63,832 bases of DNA from an uncultured Flavobacteriales bacterium (GCA_913031385.1 CAJWCT010000001.1:1-63832); one strand, 5' to 3'; shown: positions 29,602 to 39,796, numbered from the stretch's first letter. The notes: generated by a model from the sequence alone, not told the origin. A program made the numbers and translations.

Positions 29602-29609
29602 CAAATATA
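29602..29609 (-). promoter_or_regulatory. Candidate -7 promoter box (TATATTTG on minus strand) for the TPR-ribH-mutL string
   Basis: Exact TAnnTTTG match 84 nt upstream of the ATG at 29517. It lies to the right of the recF box, so the two are interleaved. Confidence 0.25.
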
Positions 29610-29645
29610 ACTACCACAAAATTTTATTGTTATTAATAAACTACT

Positions 29646-30722
29646 ATGTTATTAAAAACATTAACATTAATTAATTATAAAAACTTTGAAAACAAATCAT
29701 TCGATTTTGATTCAAAAGTCAATTGTTTCGTTGGATTAAATGGAGTAGGAAAATCTAATATCCTTGATTCTATATATCATTTATCCTATGGAAAAAGCTA
29801 TTTTAATCCTATTCCATCTCAGAATATAAGACATGGAGAAGAATATTTTATGATTAATGGAATGTATTCAATTAATGAAAAAGAAGAGAATATCATAATT
29901 TCATTAAAAAAAGGAGTAAAAAAAATAATAAAAAGGAACAATAAACTATACAAAAAATTTAGTGATCATATAGGTTTAATTCCATTAGTAATTATTTCTC
30001 CAACAGACAGGAACTTAATTATTGAAGGAAGTGATACCAGAAGAAAATTTATTGACAGCATAATATCACAGGTAAACAAGGATTATCTAAAGGACATAAT
30101 AAAATATAACAAAATTCTAGCTCAAAGAAATTCACTATTAAAGTACTTTGCTAAAAATAACACATTTGAGTCAGAAACAATTGATGTTTATGACATTCAA
30201 CTAAGTGATATGTCTAAAAGAATTTATAAATCAAGGAATAGTTTTATGAATGATTTTCTGCCTATTTTGAAAAATAGATATAAAACAATATCAGAGAACA
30301 ATGAAGAAGTTGATATCGTTTATAAAAGTGATCTTCATGATAGTAACCTTATAGACTTATTGAAAAATTCTATTAAAAAGGATCTTATTTTACAATATAC
30401 TTCTAAAGGGACACATAAAGATGATTTGGTATTTTTAAAAAATGATTATTCATTAAAGAAATTTAGCAGTCAAGGACAACAAAAATCATTCTTAATCTCC
30501 CTAAAACTGGCTCAATTTGATTTTCTTGAAAAGCAAAACAATAGTCCAATTTTATTACTAGATGACATCTTTGATAAATTAGATGACAATAGGGTAAAAC
30601 AGATTGTTAACCTAGTAAATGAAGATAAATTTAAACAAATTTTTATTTCAGATACCAACAAGAAAAGGACTGAAAATACAATTAAAAGTGTAAATAAATC
30701 CTATAAAATTTTTGAGCTGTGA
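29646..30722 (+). CDS. recF: DNA replication and repair protein RecF
   Basis: Walker [10 protein letters not shown], signature-like SQGQQKS, Walker [12 protein letters not shown]. 358 aa. Confidence 0.93.
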   Translation: MLLKTLTLINYKNFENKSFDFDSKVNCFVGLNGVGKSNILDSIYHLSYGKSYFNPIPSQNIRHGEEYFMINGMYSINEKEENIIISLKKGVKKIIKRNNKLYKKFSDHIGLIPLVIISPTDRNLIIEGSDTRRKFIDSIISQVNKDYLKDIIKYNKILAQRNSLLKYFAKNNTFESETIDVYDIQLSDMSKRIYKSRNSFMNDFLPILKNRYKTISENNEEVDIVYKSDLHDSNLIDLLKNSIKKDLILQYTSKGTHKDDLVFLKNDYSLKKFSSQGQQKSFLISLKLAQFDFLEKQNNSPILLLDDIFDKLDDNRVKQIVNLVNEDKFKQIFISDTNKKRTENTIKSVNKSYKIFEL

Positions 30723-31141
30723 AAAAAATTAATTCATTTATAGTATTACTTATTATTTTATATTCTTGCTCAGTAGATAATAATATTGAAATTTTAAATG
30801 GATACTGGGAAATTCAATCTGTAAAAAAGGAAGGTCAACTTATAAAAAAATACCCCTTTAGTAATACAATTGACTATTTCTATGTAAAAAACCTAGAGGG
30901 TTATAGGAAAAAGGTGACTCCTCAGTCTGATGGAAGATTTATGGTTACTCTTCATCAAGCTAATCTTAACATAACAAAAGAAAATGGAGAATTTACTTTA
31001 AGATATTTAAACAAGAATAAAACATACTTTGAAAAAATAAAGAAAATTGATTCACAACAACTAATTATTTTAGATAAAGAAGGTTATATTTATAAATACA
31101 ATCGTTATATACCTATAGAGATAAATAAAGATGGAGAATAA
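30719..31141 (+). CDS. Hypothetical lipoprotein
   Basis: GTG start overlapping the recF stop (GTGA). Lipobox-like signal LLIILYSCS. No recognisable family. Confidence 0.55.
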   Translation: MKKINSFIVLLIILYSCSVDNNIEILNGYWEIQSVKKEGQLIKKYPFSNTIDYFYVKNLEGYRKKVTPQSDGRFMVTLHQANLNITKENGEFTLRYLNKNKTYFEKIKKIDSQQLIILDKEGYIYKYNRYIPIEINKDGE

Positions 31142-31415
31142 CTTAAAAATTGACAGCTTAATTAAATTCTTTATTAAAGAAAATAATCTAGAAAATGGAT
31201 TAGAAAATGTAAAGATAAAAGATATGTGGCATGAACTAATGAAAAATGGTGTTGCAAATTATACTACAGATATAAATCTAAAAAATGGAACATTATATAT
31301 TAAGTTAAAATCTTCTGTTCTAAGAGAAGAATTAAGTTATGGAAAAGAAAAAATTGTGAAACTTTTAAATGAAAAGTTAAAAAAGGATCTTATAAAAAAG
31401 ATTGTATTAAGATAA
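31131..31415 (+). CDS. DUF721 (DciA-like) domain-containing protein
   Basis: 94 aa in the usual position downstream of recF, with a family-like core (W..L......A..T......NG.L.I...SSVLREELSY.K..I). Confidence 0.65.
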   Translation: MENNLKIDSLIKFFIKENNLENGLENVKIKDMWHELMKNGVANYTTDINLKNGTLYIKLKSSVLREELSYGKEKIVKLLNEKLKKDLIKKIVLR

Positions 31416-31419
31416 ATTA

Positions 31420-31839
31420 CTAAAACATCTCTTCCTCTGAAAAATGAAATCTAGATTCAATTAGTGCATTTTCATTAGTGTCACTGCCATGAATAGCATT
31501 TTCGCTAATAGAAGTTGCAAATAGTTTTCTAATTGTACCAGCAGCAGCAGCAGTGGGATCAGTAGATCCAATAAGCAATCTAAATTGTTCTACAGCATCT
31601 TCCTTTTCTAGTACTGCAGCTACAATTGGACCCCTGGTCATATATGAAACTAATTCATCAAAAAATGGACGTTCTCTATGAATAGAGTAAAAATTTCTTG
31701 CATCCTTATTACTCATTTGAGTTAATTTCATTGCTACAATTCTAAAACCAGCTGAATTTATTTTTTCAAGTATTGCTCCTGTGTTTCCCTTTTCAACTGA
31801 ATCAGGTTTTAACATTGTAAAAGTTCTATTTGTTATCAT
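31420..31839 (-). CDS. ndk: Nucleoside-diphosphate kinase
   Basis: 139 aa with [17 protein letters not shown] and the active-site His in NAIHGSD. Confidence 0.95.
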   Translation of the reverse strand: MITNRTFTMLKPDSVEKGNTGAILEKINSAGFRIVAMKLTQMSNKDARNFYSIHRERPFFDELVSYMTRGPIVAAVLEKEDAVEQFRLLIGSTDPTAAAAGTIRKLFATSISENAIHGSDTNENALIESRFHFSEEEMF

Positions 31840-31854
31840 CTATTTTTTTGAGTG

Positions 31855-31862
31855 CAAAAGTA
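31855..31862 (-). promoter_or_regulatory. Candidate -7 promoter box (TACTTTTG on minus strand) for ndk
   Basis: Exact TAnnTTTG match 15 nt upstream of the ndk ATG. Confidence 0.3.
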
Positions 31863-31931
31863 ACACTTTTTAATAAATAGTAAACAAAATAAAAATTACC
31901 TTTATCGTATTATGTCGTATATTCGCAAATT

Positions 31932-32942
31932 ATGACGCAAAAAGATGTTCAAGAAATAAAAGGAATCTTATCAGAGCCAAAAAAGATAGTTATTGTACAC
32001 CACAAAAATGCAGATGGCGATGCTATTGGATCTTCAATGGCTCTAAACACCTATTTAAATATATGTGGACATAAATCAAATGTTATTAGTCCAAATAAAT
32101 TTCCTGATTTCTTAAAATGGCTTGATAATAAAAATGAAATTGCCATATTTAATAATTCAGATCATCAAATAAATCTTATAAATAATTCTGATATAATATT
32201 TACTCTTGATTTTAATAGTTTGGAGAGATGTGGAGATATGAAAGATTTAATCAACAAGTCTAAAGCCATAAAAATACTTATTGATCATCATGAGAGCCCA
32301 AAGAAATATGCTGACTATCTATATTCTGATACAAAAATTAGTTCTACCTGTGAAATGATATATCATTTTATTGAAAAATTAGGTGATAATGACAAGATAA
32401 ATTCATCTATTGCCGAAGCTATATATACAGGTATAATGACTGATACAGGTTCTTTTAAATTTTCATCTACATCAAGCAAAACACATAAAGTAATTTCAGA
32501 TCTATTGGACAAAGGGGCTGACAAAGCCAAAATTCATAACGAAATATATGACAACAATAGAATTGAAAAGATTAAGTTATTGAGTTTTGCATTAAATAAA
32601 ATTGAAATTGTACCTGAATATAATACAGCTTTTATCACATTAGCTCAAAAGGACTTAAATAACTTTGATTTTAGAAAAGGTGATACTGAAGGAATTGTAA
32701 ATTATGGGTTGTCAATAAAAAAAATAAAGTTTGCTGCAATATTTATTGAAGATAAAAAAGAGAACATAATTAAAATTTCCTTTAGATCTAAAGGAAATTT
32801 TGATGTGAATAAATTTTCAAGAGACACTTTTAATGGTGGTGGGCATAAGAATGCTTCAGGAGCAATTAGTAGAGATTCTTTATCATTAACAATTGTTAAT
32901 TTTAAAAATGCATTAAAAAAATATAAAACTGAACTAAACTAA
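31932..32942 (+). CDS. nrnA: DHH-family oligoribonuclease / pAp phosphatase NrnA
   Basis: DHH motifs HHKNADGDAIGS and LIDHHES. DHHA1 motif GGGHKNASG. 336 aa. Confidence 0.88.
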   Translation: MTQKDVQEIKGILSEPKKIVIVHHKNADGDAIGSSMALNTYLNICGHKSNVISPNKFPDFLKWLDNKNEIAIFNNSDHQINLINNSDIIFTLDFNSLERCGDMKDLINKSKAIKILIDHHESPKKYADYLYSDTKISSTCEMIYHFIEKLGDNDKINSSIAEAIYTGIMTDTGSFKFSSTSSKTHKVISDLLDKGADKAKIHNEIYDNNRIEKIKLLSFALNKIEIVPEYNTAFITLAQKDLNNFDFRKGDTEGIVNYGLSIKKIKFAAIFIEDKKENIIKISFRSKGNFDVNKFSRDTFNGGGHKNASGAISRDSLSLTIVNFKNALKKYKTELN

Positions 32943-32947
32943 TAAAA

Positions 32948-34087
32948 ATGAAAACTAGATTACCAATATTAATTTTTCTATTGTTAAATATCCTTTTTGT
33001 CTCATGTCAAGATAAGCATACTGATCTTGAAGATGGACTATTTGCAGAATTTAAAACAACTCATGGGACTATGGTTGCTGAATTATACTATGAAAAGACA
33101 CCTATTACTGTTGCAAACTTTGTAGCATTATCTGAAGGCAACCATCCAGATGTTCAAGAAGTTTTTAAAGGGAAACCTTATTATAATGGAATAATCTTTC
33201 ATAGAGTTATGGATAATTTTATGATTCAAGGTGGTGACCCATTAAAAAATGGGCAAGGTGGTCCCGGATATCAATTTATTGATGAGATTACAAATTTAAA
33301 ACATGATAAACCTGGAGTTCTTTCCATGGCAAATAGTGGCCCAGCAACAAATGGAAGCCAGTTTTTTATTACAGAAGCTCCTACCCCATGGCTTGATGGT
33401 TTACACACAGTTTTTGGTCAATTAGTAAAGGGAATAGAAATTCAAGATTCGATATCTAACGTAAAAACTGGAATTGGAAACAGGCCTATTACTGATGTTG
33501 TAATATATGAGTTAAATATTATAAGAAAAGGTGAGACGGCACAATTATTTGATGCTCCTAAAACCTGGGATAATAAAGATAAAATTCAAGAGGAATTAAA
33601 AATAGAGGAAGAAAGAAAAATGAACGTAGAATTAAGGAGAATGGACTCTTTATCAAAAATAGATATTATAAAATTAGAAGACTACAACAAAAAGTCAATA
33701 AAGCGCAAATCTGGAGTTAAAATATACGTAATAAAACAAGGTAGAGGAATAAAACCAAAAGATGGGAATATAATAAAACTATACGCTGATGGCTATTTAA
33801 CAAATGGAATATTATTTTGGTCCAATAACAAAGATATTAATGAAAGACATGGTAAATATGATCCGGAAAAAGAAGGTTTAGGTTTTTATAGTCCTATGGA
33901 AATTGAGTTAAGTCCAAATATGCCATACATACCAGGATTTAAAGAAGCTGTTTATACCATGAATGTTGGAGATATAATTTACTGCTATATTCCATCACAT
34001 TTGGCTTATGGAAGTAAATCTAGGGGACTAATCAGACCTAACTCTGATTTAAAGTATATAATTCACATGGTAAATGCTGAGAATTAG
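32948..34087 (+). CDS. Dual-family peptidyl-prolyl isomerase (N-terminal cyclophilin + C-terminal FKBP), secreted/lipoprotein
   Basis: Signal LLLNILFVSCQ. Cyclophilin motifs FHRVMDNFMIQGGDP and SMANSGPATNGSQFFIT. FKBP-like C-terminus (GVKIYVIKQG...IPGFKEAVYTMNVGD...IPSHLAYG). Confidence 0.88.
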   Translation: MKTRLPILIFLLLNILFVSCQDKHTDLEDGLFAEFKTTHGTMVAELYYEKTPITVANFVALSEGNHPDVQEVFKGKPYYNGIIFHRVMDNFMIQGGDPLKNGQGGPGYQFIDEITNLKHDKPGVLSMANSGPATNGSQFFITEAPTPWLDGLHTVFGQLVKGIEIQDSISNVKTGIGNRPITDVVIYELNIIRKGETAQLFDAPKTWDNKDKIQEELKIEEERKMNVELRRMDSLSKIDIIKLEDYNKKSIKRKSGVKIYVIKQGRGIKPKDGNIIKLYADGYLTNGILFWSNNKDINERHGKYDPEKEGLGFYSPMEIELSPNMPYIPGFKEAVYTMNVGDIIYCYIPSHLAYGSKSRGLIRPNSDLKYIIHMVNAEN

Positions 34088-35547
34088 TCTCTTTTTGGAA
34101 TATTTTTTAATATTTCTATCAGAAAACTCCAAAATTTCTTAGTTGATGAAATGGATGCTTTTTCATCAGGTGAATGAGCTCCAAGAATTGTAGGTCCAAA
34201 ACTAATCATCTCCATATTAGGATAATGTGAGCCTATTATTCCACATTCTAAACCTGCATGAATAACATTTACTTTAGGAGATTCATTATTCAATTTTTTA
34301 TAACAATTAATAGCAACAGATAATATGTCTGAATTCATGTTCGGTTCCCAACCTGGGTATCCGCCAGATAATTTTACTTCAAAGCCTTTATTTTTAAAAA
34401 TATTGCTAATCAAATTAGATAATTCACTTTTTGAATTCTCAACTGAAGACCTGGTCAGGCACTTAATTGAAATAGAACCATCCCTTACAACAATGTTTGC
34501 AAGATTATTTGAGGTTTCAACTAAATTATCTATTGTCCTACTCATTAAAAATACCCCATTTGGACATGCATCTAAGCATTCAATTAATTTTTGATGATCA
34601 TCTTTATCAAGTGGCTTATATTCTCCAATAGCATCAGATAAACTAATGTTAAAATTTGGATCTAAATCATTATATTTTATTCTATTTAAATTAAAGAAAT
34701 TAGTTATTTCTTGATCTATTTCAGAATAATCTTTAGTTTGAATTTGAATTACTGAAAAACTTTCTCTAGGAATTGCATTTCTAAGGTTCCCTCCTTTAAT
34801 CTCACTTATTCTTACTCTATATTTAGAATCAAGATGTTTTAATAATGAATTTAAAATTTTATTTGAATTTCCAAGGCCCTTGTGAATCTCTGCTCCTGAA
34901 TGACCACCAGTTAAGCCATTAACCAAAATTTTTATAAAAGTACTTTCTGGATGATTATCCTCAGTTTCATAAGTTTTATTAATAGTTATATCAACTCCTC
35001 CAGCACAACCAATACAAATTTCGTCATCTTCTTCTGTGTCTAAATTCAATAAAATCTCTCCTTTTAGAACATCCTCATCAAGATTCAACGCTCCTGTCAT
35101 TCCTGTTTCTTCATCAATAGTAAATAGGGCTTCTATTTCAGGGTGAGATATATCCGTACTCTGTAAAATACTCATTATTGAAGCAACGCCAAGTCCATTG
35201 TCAGCTCCTAGTGTAGTACCTTTAGCCTTTACCCAATCTCCTTCAATATGCATGTTTATACCAGAATTCTCAAAATCAAATTCTACATCATTATTTTTTT
35301 CATGAACCATGTCTACATGAGATTGTAGAACAATTGTCTTACAATTCTTCATATCATCTGTAGAAGGTTTATTAATTATTAAATTCCCTATACTATCCTT
35401 AAAACAATTTAGATTTAATTTTTCAGCAAATTGAATTAAAAAGTCTATAACCTTTTCTTCTTTTTTAGATGGTCTAGGAACAGAATTTAAATTCGTAAAA
35501 TTATTCCACAAACTACTAGGTTCAATAACTCGAATTTCATTATTCAT
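34084..35547 (-). CDS. pepD: Aminoacyl-histidine (Xaa-His) dipeptidase PepD, M20C
   Basis: Motifs HVDMVHEKN, LGADNGLGVA and TIDEETGMTGA. ATG 35547 is preferred over the track's TTG at 35568, because the N-terminus then matches the PepD-type start (..EPSSLWNNF..VPRPS) and a -7 box sits at 35566-35573. Confidence 0.9.
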   Translation of the reverse strand: MNNEIRVIEPSSLWNNFTNLNSVPRPSKKEEKVIDFLIQFAEKLNLNCFKDSIGNLIINKPSTDDMKNCKTIVLQSHVDMVHEKNNDVEFDFENSGINMHIEGDWVKAKGTTLGADNGLGVASIMSILQSTDISHPEIEALFTIDEETGMTGALNLDEDVLKGEILLNLDTEEDDEICIGCAGGVDITINKTYETEDNHPESTFIKILVNGLTGGHSGAEIHKGLGNSNKILNSLLKHLDSKYRVRISEIKGGNLRNAIPRESFSVIQIQTKDYSEIDQEITNFFNLNRIKYNDLDPNFNISLSDAIGEYKPLDKDDHQKLIECLDACPNGVFLMSRTIDNLVETSNNLANIVVRDGSISIKCLTRSSVENSKSELSNLISNIFKNKGFEVKLSGGYPGWEPNMNSDILSVAINCYKKLNNESPKVNVIHAGLECGIIGSHYPNMEMISFGPTILGAHSPDEKASISSTKKFWSFLIEILKNIPKRD

Positions 35548-35552
35548 ATATG

Positions 35553-35560
35553 TATTTTTG
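35553..35560 (+). promoter_or_regulatory. Candidate -7 promoter box (TATTTTTG) for the DUF3810 gene
   Basis: Exact TAnnTTTG match 57 nt upstream of the ATG at 35618. Confidence 0.25.
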
Positions 35561-35565
35561 AGATA

Positions 35566-35573
35566 CAAATTTA
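35566..35573 (-). promoter_or_regulatory. Candidate -7 promoter box (TAAATTTG on minus strand) for pepD
   Basis: Exact TAnnTTTG match 18 nt upstream of the ATG at 35547. Confidence 0.3.
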
Positions 35574-35617
35574 ATTAATAAATAGATTAACTTAATATCT
35601 ATTCATTAACTTTATTT

Positions 35618-36724
35618 ATGCTTAAATTAAAGAAAATATTAGCCTTAAGCCTAATTCCTCAATATTTAGTTGTACAATTTCTTTCCTATTACCCTGACTT
35701 TATAGAAATAATATATTCTAACTATATATATATATTTATTTCAACTTTTTTAAGAAGCATTTCTATTAAAATCCCTTTTGCAATTGGAGATATATTCTAT
35801 CTTTTTGTTAGTATTTTCTCAATTTATTGGATTGTCTTAAATATAAAAAGTCCTAAAAAACTATTTGTTGAAATATTTGCTGGTATATCTGTTATATATT
35901 TTTTTTTTAATATAAGCTGGGGGCTTAACTACTACAGAATACCAATAAATAAACAAATTGAAGATGTTAATTACTCATATGACGACTTAAATAAGTTTAC
36001 AATTGAATTAATTCAAAATATTAACAAACTACATAATAAACTTACAATAAGTGACACCTTGAAAGTTATTCTTCCTTATAATTTTAAAGAAAATTCAAGA
36101 ATAGCTATTAATAACTATACTAAATTATCCAAAAAAAATATGTCAAATAACAATGAAAATAGTTTGATGATTAAATCCTTAAAGAGTATATCTAATTTCA
36201 CTAATAATAAGAATAATGAAAATATAAAAGAATCTATCATAAGCTACCCCCTAACCTATATGGGTTTTAGTGGATATTTAAACCCTTTTACACATGAATA
36301 CAATATTAATGGATTAATACCCAATAATAGTATTCCTATGGTAATGAGTCATGAAATTGCTCATGAAATAGGTTTTTCATCTGAAATGGAGGCTAACTTT
36401 ATTGGCTATATAGCATTAATTAATAGTGATAACCTGTACTACCAATATTTTGGAAACACTTTTGCTTTAAAACAATGCTTAAGTGAACTACAAAAAGATA
36501 ATAAGGAGATATATAATTCACACCTTTCCTCTATAAACAGAGGAATATTAAAAAACTATAGAGAAATTTTTGAATTTTGGGATAATTATAATAATCCACT
36601 TGAGCCTATTATTAAAAAAATCTATGACAGTTTCTTAAAAATAAATAAAGTAAAAAATGGTATTAGAAGTTATAATCAAAGTCTTTCTTTAATTTTAAAC
36701 TATAATAAATTCTATAATGATTAG
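35618..36724 (+). CDS. DUF3810-like membrane protein with HExxH zinc-metallopeptidase motif
   Basis: N-terminal TM helices and SHEIAHEIGF (HExxH). 368 aa. Confidence 0.65.
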   Translation: MLKLKKILALSLIPQYLVVQFLSYYPDFIEIIYSNYIYIFISTFLRSISIKIPFAIGDIFYLFVSIFSIYWIVLNIKSPKKLFVEIFAGISVIYFFFNISWGLNYYRIPINKQIEDVNYSYDDLNKFTIELIQNINKLHNKLTISDTLKVILPYNFKENSRIAINNYTKLSKKNMSNNNENSLMIKSLKSISNFTNNKNNENIKESIISYPLTYMGFSGYLNPFTHEYNINGLIPNNSIPMVMSHEIAHEIGFSSEMEANFIGYIALINSDNLYYQYFGNTFALKQCLSELQKDNKEIYNSHLSSINRGILKNYREIFEFWDNYNNPLEPIIKKIYDSFLKINKVKNGIRSYNQSLSLILNYNKFYND

Positions 36725-37514
36725 AAAAATAAGAAGTGTGAGCAATTCTGAAATAAAAGAATACACTAAACTATTAAAGAAATCAAAAGCTAGAAGAGAA
36801 GCAAAACTATTCTTAATTGAAGGAACTAGAGAGTTAAATATTGCGATTAAGAACAATTATTCTATCTGTAAAATTATGTTTAATCCAAATCTTATAGATA
36901 AAAATAAAGTTAAAAAATATGTTGGAGATAAAATCAAATGTATTGAGGTGAATCAGAATGTATACAATAAGATTTCTTATAGAAGTAGTACTGAAGGAAT
37001 TATAGCTCTAGCTGAAGAAAAAAGTCACAAATTAGAAAAATTGAAATTTAAGTCAACTACTCCTCTAATCATGATTCTAGATGGAATAGAAAAACCAGGT
37101 AACATAGGTGCATTATTAAGAACTTCTGATGCAGCAAAAGTAGATGCTGTATTTATTGTTAACCAAAAAACTGATCTGTATAATCCTAATATTATTAGAT
37201 CTAGTATTGGATGCTTATTTAGCAATCAAATAATCTTATCTAATATAAAAGAAACTATAGATTTTCTTAATAAAACTAAAATCAAAATAATTTCAACTTC
37301 CTTAACAGCTTCTAAGCAATATCAAAAAATAAATTATAAAAAAGCATGTGCAATAGTTCTAGGATCAGAAGATAAGGGAATAAGTAAAGAATGGTATTCA
37401 AAATCCGATGAGCTAATATATATACCAATGGAAGGTCAAATAGACTCTTTAAACGTGTCTAATTCCGGGGCTATAATCATATATGAAGCTAAAAGACAGA
37501 GAAATTTTACATAA
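36717..37514 (+). CDS. TrmH/SpoU-family RNA 2'-O-methyltransferase
   Basis: SPOUT motifs LDGIEKPGNIGALLRTSDAA, LGSEDKGIS and IPMEGQIDSLNVSNSGAIIIYE. Confidence 0.85.
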   Translation: MIRKIRSVSNSEIKEYTKLLKKSKARREAKLFLIEGTRELNIAIKNNYSICKIMFNPNLIDKNKVKKYVGDKIKCIEVNQNVYNKISYRSSTEGIIALAEEKSHKLEKLKFKSTTPLIMILDGIEKPGNIGALLRTSDAAKVDAVFIVNQKTDLYNPNIIRSSIGCLFSNQIILSNIKETIDFLNKTKIKIISTSLTASKQYQKINYKKACAIVLGSEDKGISKEWYSKSDELIYIPMEGQIDSLNVSNSGAIIIYEAKRQRNFT

Positions 37515-37577
37515 TAATAAATCCTAAATTTTTATTAAAGCCTTTGTCTATTAATTTGTTTATGGTAATTTTAGATT

Positions 37578-39788
37578 ATGGCAATCAAAGATATTGATCT
37601 AGAAAAAAAAGCATTAGCTAAAGAATATAAAGAACTACTCAAGATTAGTTATCAAACACTAAGCAGTGATGATAAAAAATTGATAAGAAAGGCTTTTAAT
37701 TTTGCAGTAGATGCACATGAACATCAAAGAAGAATTTCTGGTGAAGCATATATTTTTCATCCTATTGCTGTAGCAAAAATAGTTGCTTATGAAATTGGAT
37801 TAGATGCAATATCTATTGCCGCAGCGCTCATTCATGATGTAGTTGAAGATAATAGTAATTATAGTATTAAAAATATAAAAAAAGTTTTTGGGAAGAACAT
37901 TGCTAAAATTGTTGATGGACTTACTAAAATATCTAATCTTGATAAAGAAACTGGTACCTCACAACAAGCAGAAAATTATAGAAAAATGTTACTTACTCTA
38001 AATGAAGATGTTAGAGTTATAATAATCAAGATAGCTGATAGATTGCATAATATGCAGACATTATCATCAATGCCTTTAGAAAAACAAATAAAAAAAGCCT
38101 CTGAAACACTCTACATTTATGCACCATTGGCTCATAGGATAGGGCTTTATAATATAAAAACTGAATTAGAAGATTTAGGTTTAAAATACACAGATCCTGA
38201 AACCTATAATGATATATCAAAAAAATTAATCGAAAATAAGAAAGATCAAGATGAGTATATAAAAAAATTTAACAAAGCTGTCAGTAAATCTCTGAATAAA
38301 GAAAAACTAAAATATTTAATTAAGGGGAGATCTAAATCTATCTATTCTATTAGAAACAAAATGATTAAACAAGATGTTTCATTTGAAGAGATATATGATA
38401 AATTTGCGGTTAGAATTATATATAAGTCAAATGCTGAAAATGAGAAGTTTTTAGCTTGGAAAATATATTCAATTGTAACAGATCATTTTACTCCAAATCC
38501 TATAAGACTTAGGGATTGGATATCTGCTCCAAAATCTACTGGATATGAAGCATTACATATAACTGTTGTTGGACCAAAAAGCAAATGGATTGAAGTTCAA
38601 ATCAGAAGTGAAAGAATGAATGAAATAGCAGAAAAAGGTTATGCTGCCCATTATAAGTATAAACAGAAGAATGAAAAATCTGATGACAGTTTAGATGAAT
38701 GGATAAATAAATTACAAGAAGCTTTAGAAAATCCCGACACTAATGCAGTAGATTTTGTTGAACAATTTAAACTAAACTTATACGCAAAAGAAATCTTTGT
38801 ATTTACCCCTCAAGGTGAATTAAAATCCTTACCTGTAGACGCCACTCCACTAGATTTTGCTTTTGCAATTCATACAGAAGTCGGCCTTAAAACTAGGGGG
38901 GCTAAAGTAAATGGCAAACTTGTTCCTCTAAGTAAAAAGCTTAAAAGTGGGGATAGAGTTGAAATTTTAAAGTCTGAAAAAATTAAACCAAGTGCAAATT
39001 GGATGGATTATGCAACAACTGCTAGAGCAAGAAGTAAAATAAAATCTACTTTAAATGCTGAGAAAAAGAATTTAGCTAAAGAAGGAAAAGAAAAATTGAG
39101 GAGAAAATTAAAACAGTTGAGACTAAAACTAAATGATAGAACGATTAATGAACTTCAAAAATTCTTTAAGCTAAGTACTAGTTTAGATTTATTTTATAGA
39201 GTTGGGATAAATACTATTGATAATACAATGATTAAGAAATTTGCATCATCCAGAAGCAATGTCTTTATAAGCTATATAAAAGATAAGATAAGGCGTAAAC
39301 CTCAAGAGAAAGAAACAGAAAAAGAAGAAATAACAAAAAAGTATGATTTACTCGTTTTTGGAAATGATGAAGAAAAGTTAGATTATACAATATCAACGTG
39401 TTGCAACCCTATACCAGGGGATAATGTTTTTGGTTTTATTACAATAAAGGATGGAATTAAAATTCATAAAAAGAACTGTCCAAATGCATTAAGAATGCAA
39501 TCAAATTATGATTATAGAATACTTAAAGCTAAATGGATTGATTCAACACAAGAAGAATTTACTGTTTCAATAGATTTAACAGGAATAGATAAGATAGGTC
39601 TGCTAAATAATATTACAAATGTAATTTCTGAAAATATGAATATAAATATCCGAAAATTAAATTTTGAAACTGATGGAGGTATTTTTAAAGGAAATATTAC
39701 AATTTCTGTAAAGACAAATAATTTAGTAAATAAAGTAATTGAAAAACTTAAAAAATTAAATGGAATTGAAAAAGTTAATAGACTTTAA
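37578..39788 (+). CDS. Bifunctional (p)ppGpp synthetase/hydrolase (RelA/SpoT homolog)
   Basis: HD hydrolase domain (HPIAVAKIV...LIHDVVED), synthetase region (GRSKSIYSIRNKM, YEALHITVVG), and TGS and C-terminal ACT-like regions. 736 aa. Confidence 0.94.
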   Translation: MAIKDIDLEKKALAKEYKELLKISYQTLSSDDKKLIRKAFNFAVDAHEHQRRISGEAYIFHPIAVAKIVAYEIGLDAISIAAALIHDVVEDNSNYSIKNIKKVFGKNIAKIVDGLTKISNLDKETGTSQQAENYRKMLLTLNEDVRVIIIKIADRLHNMQTLSSMPLEKQIKKASETLYIYAPLAHRIGLYNIKTELEDLGLKYTDPETYNDISKKLIENKKDQDEYIKKFNKAVSKSLNKEKLKYLIKGRSKSIYSIRNKMIKQDVSFEEIYDKFAVRIIYKSNAENEKFLAWKIYSIVTDHFTPNPIRLRDWISAPKSTGYEALHITVVGPKSKWIEVQIRSERMNEIAEKGYAAHYKYKQKNEKSDDSLDEWINKLQEALENPDTNAVDFVEQFKLNLYAKEIFVFTPQGELKSLPVDATPLDFAFAIHTEVGLKTRGAKVNGKLVPLSKKLKSGDRVEILKSEKIKPSANWMDYATTARARSKIKSTLNAEKKNLAKEGKEKLRRKLKQLRLKLNDRTINELQKFFKLSTSLDLFYRVGINTIDNTMIKKFASSRSNVFISYIKDKIRRKPQEKETEKEEITKKYDLLVFGNDEEKLDYTISTCCNPIPGDNVFGFITIKDGIKIHKKNCPNALRMQSNYDYRILKAKWIDSTQEEFTVSIDLTGIDKIGLLNNITNVISENMNINIRKLNFETDGGIFKGNITISVKTNNLVNKVIEKLKKLNGIEKVNRL

Positions 39789-39796
39789 ATTTTAAT

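Noticed and set aside
29518-29645. The largest non-coding gap (128 bp) and the other spacers over 80 bp (14174-14266, 19832-19916, 21276-21363, 31840-31931, 44349-44437, 54223-54314), checked for tRNA, small RNA or riboswitch content.
   Set aside because: All are uniformly AT-rich. None has the G+C-rich helices of a tRNA or the length and structure of known riboswitches (FMN upstream of ribH, cobalamin upstream of mutAB, purine upstream of purA/guaA). They look like plain promoter regions.
35899-35908. A T10 homopolymer inside the DUF3810 gene (encoding FFF), considered as a possible slipped-strand phase-variation tract. Similar T8-T9/A8 runs occur elsewhere, for example 24665-24673.
   Set aside because: Runs of this length are expected in roughly 30% G+C DNA. 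The tract is in frame, the gene is intact, and there is nothing contingency-locus-like about the gene.
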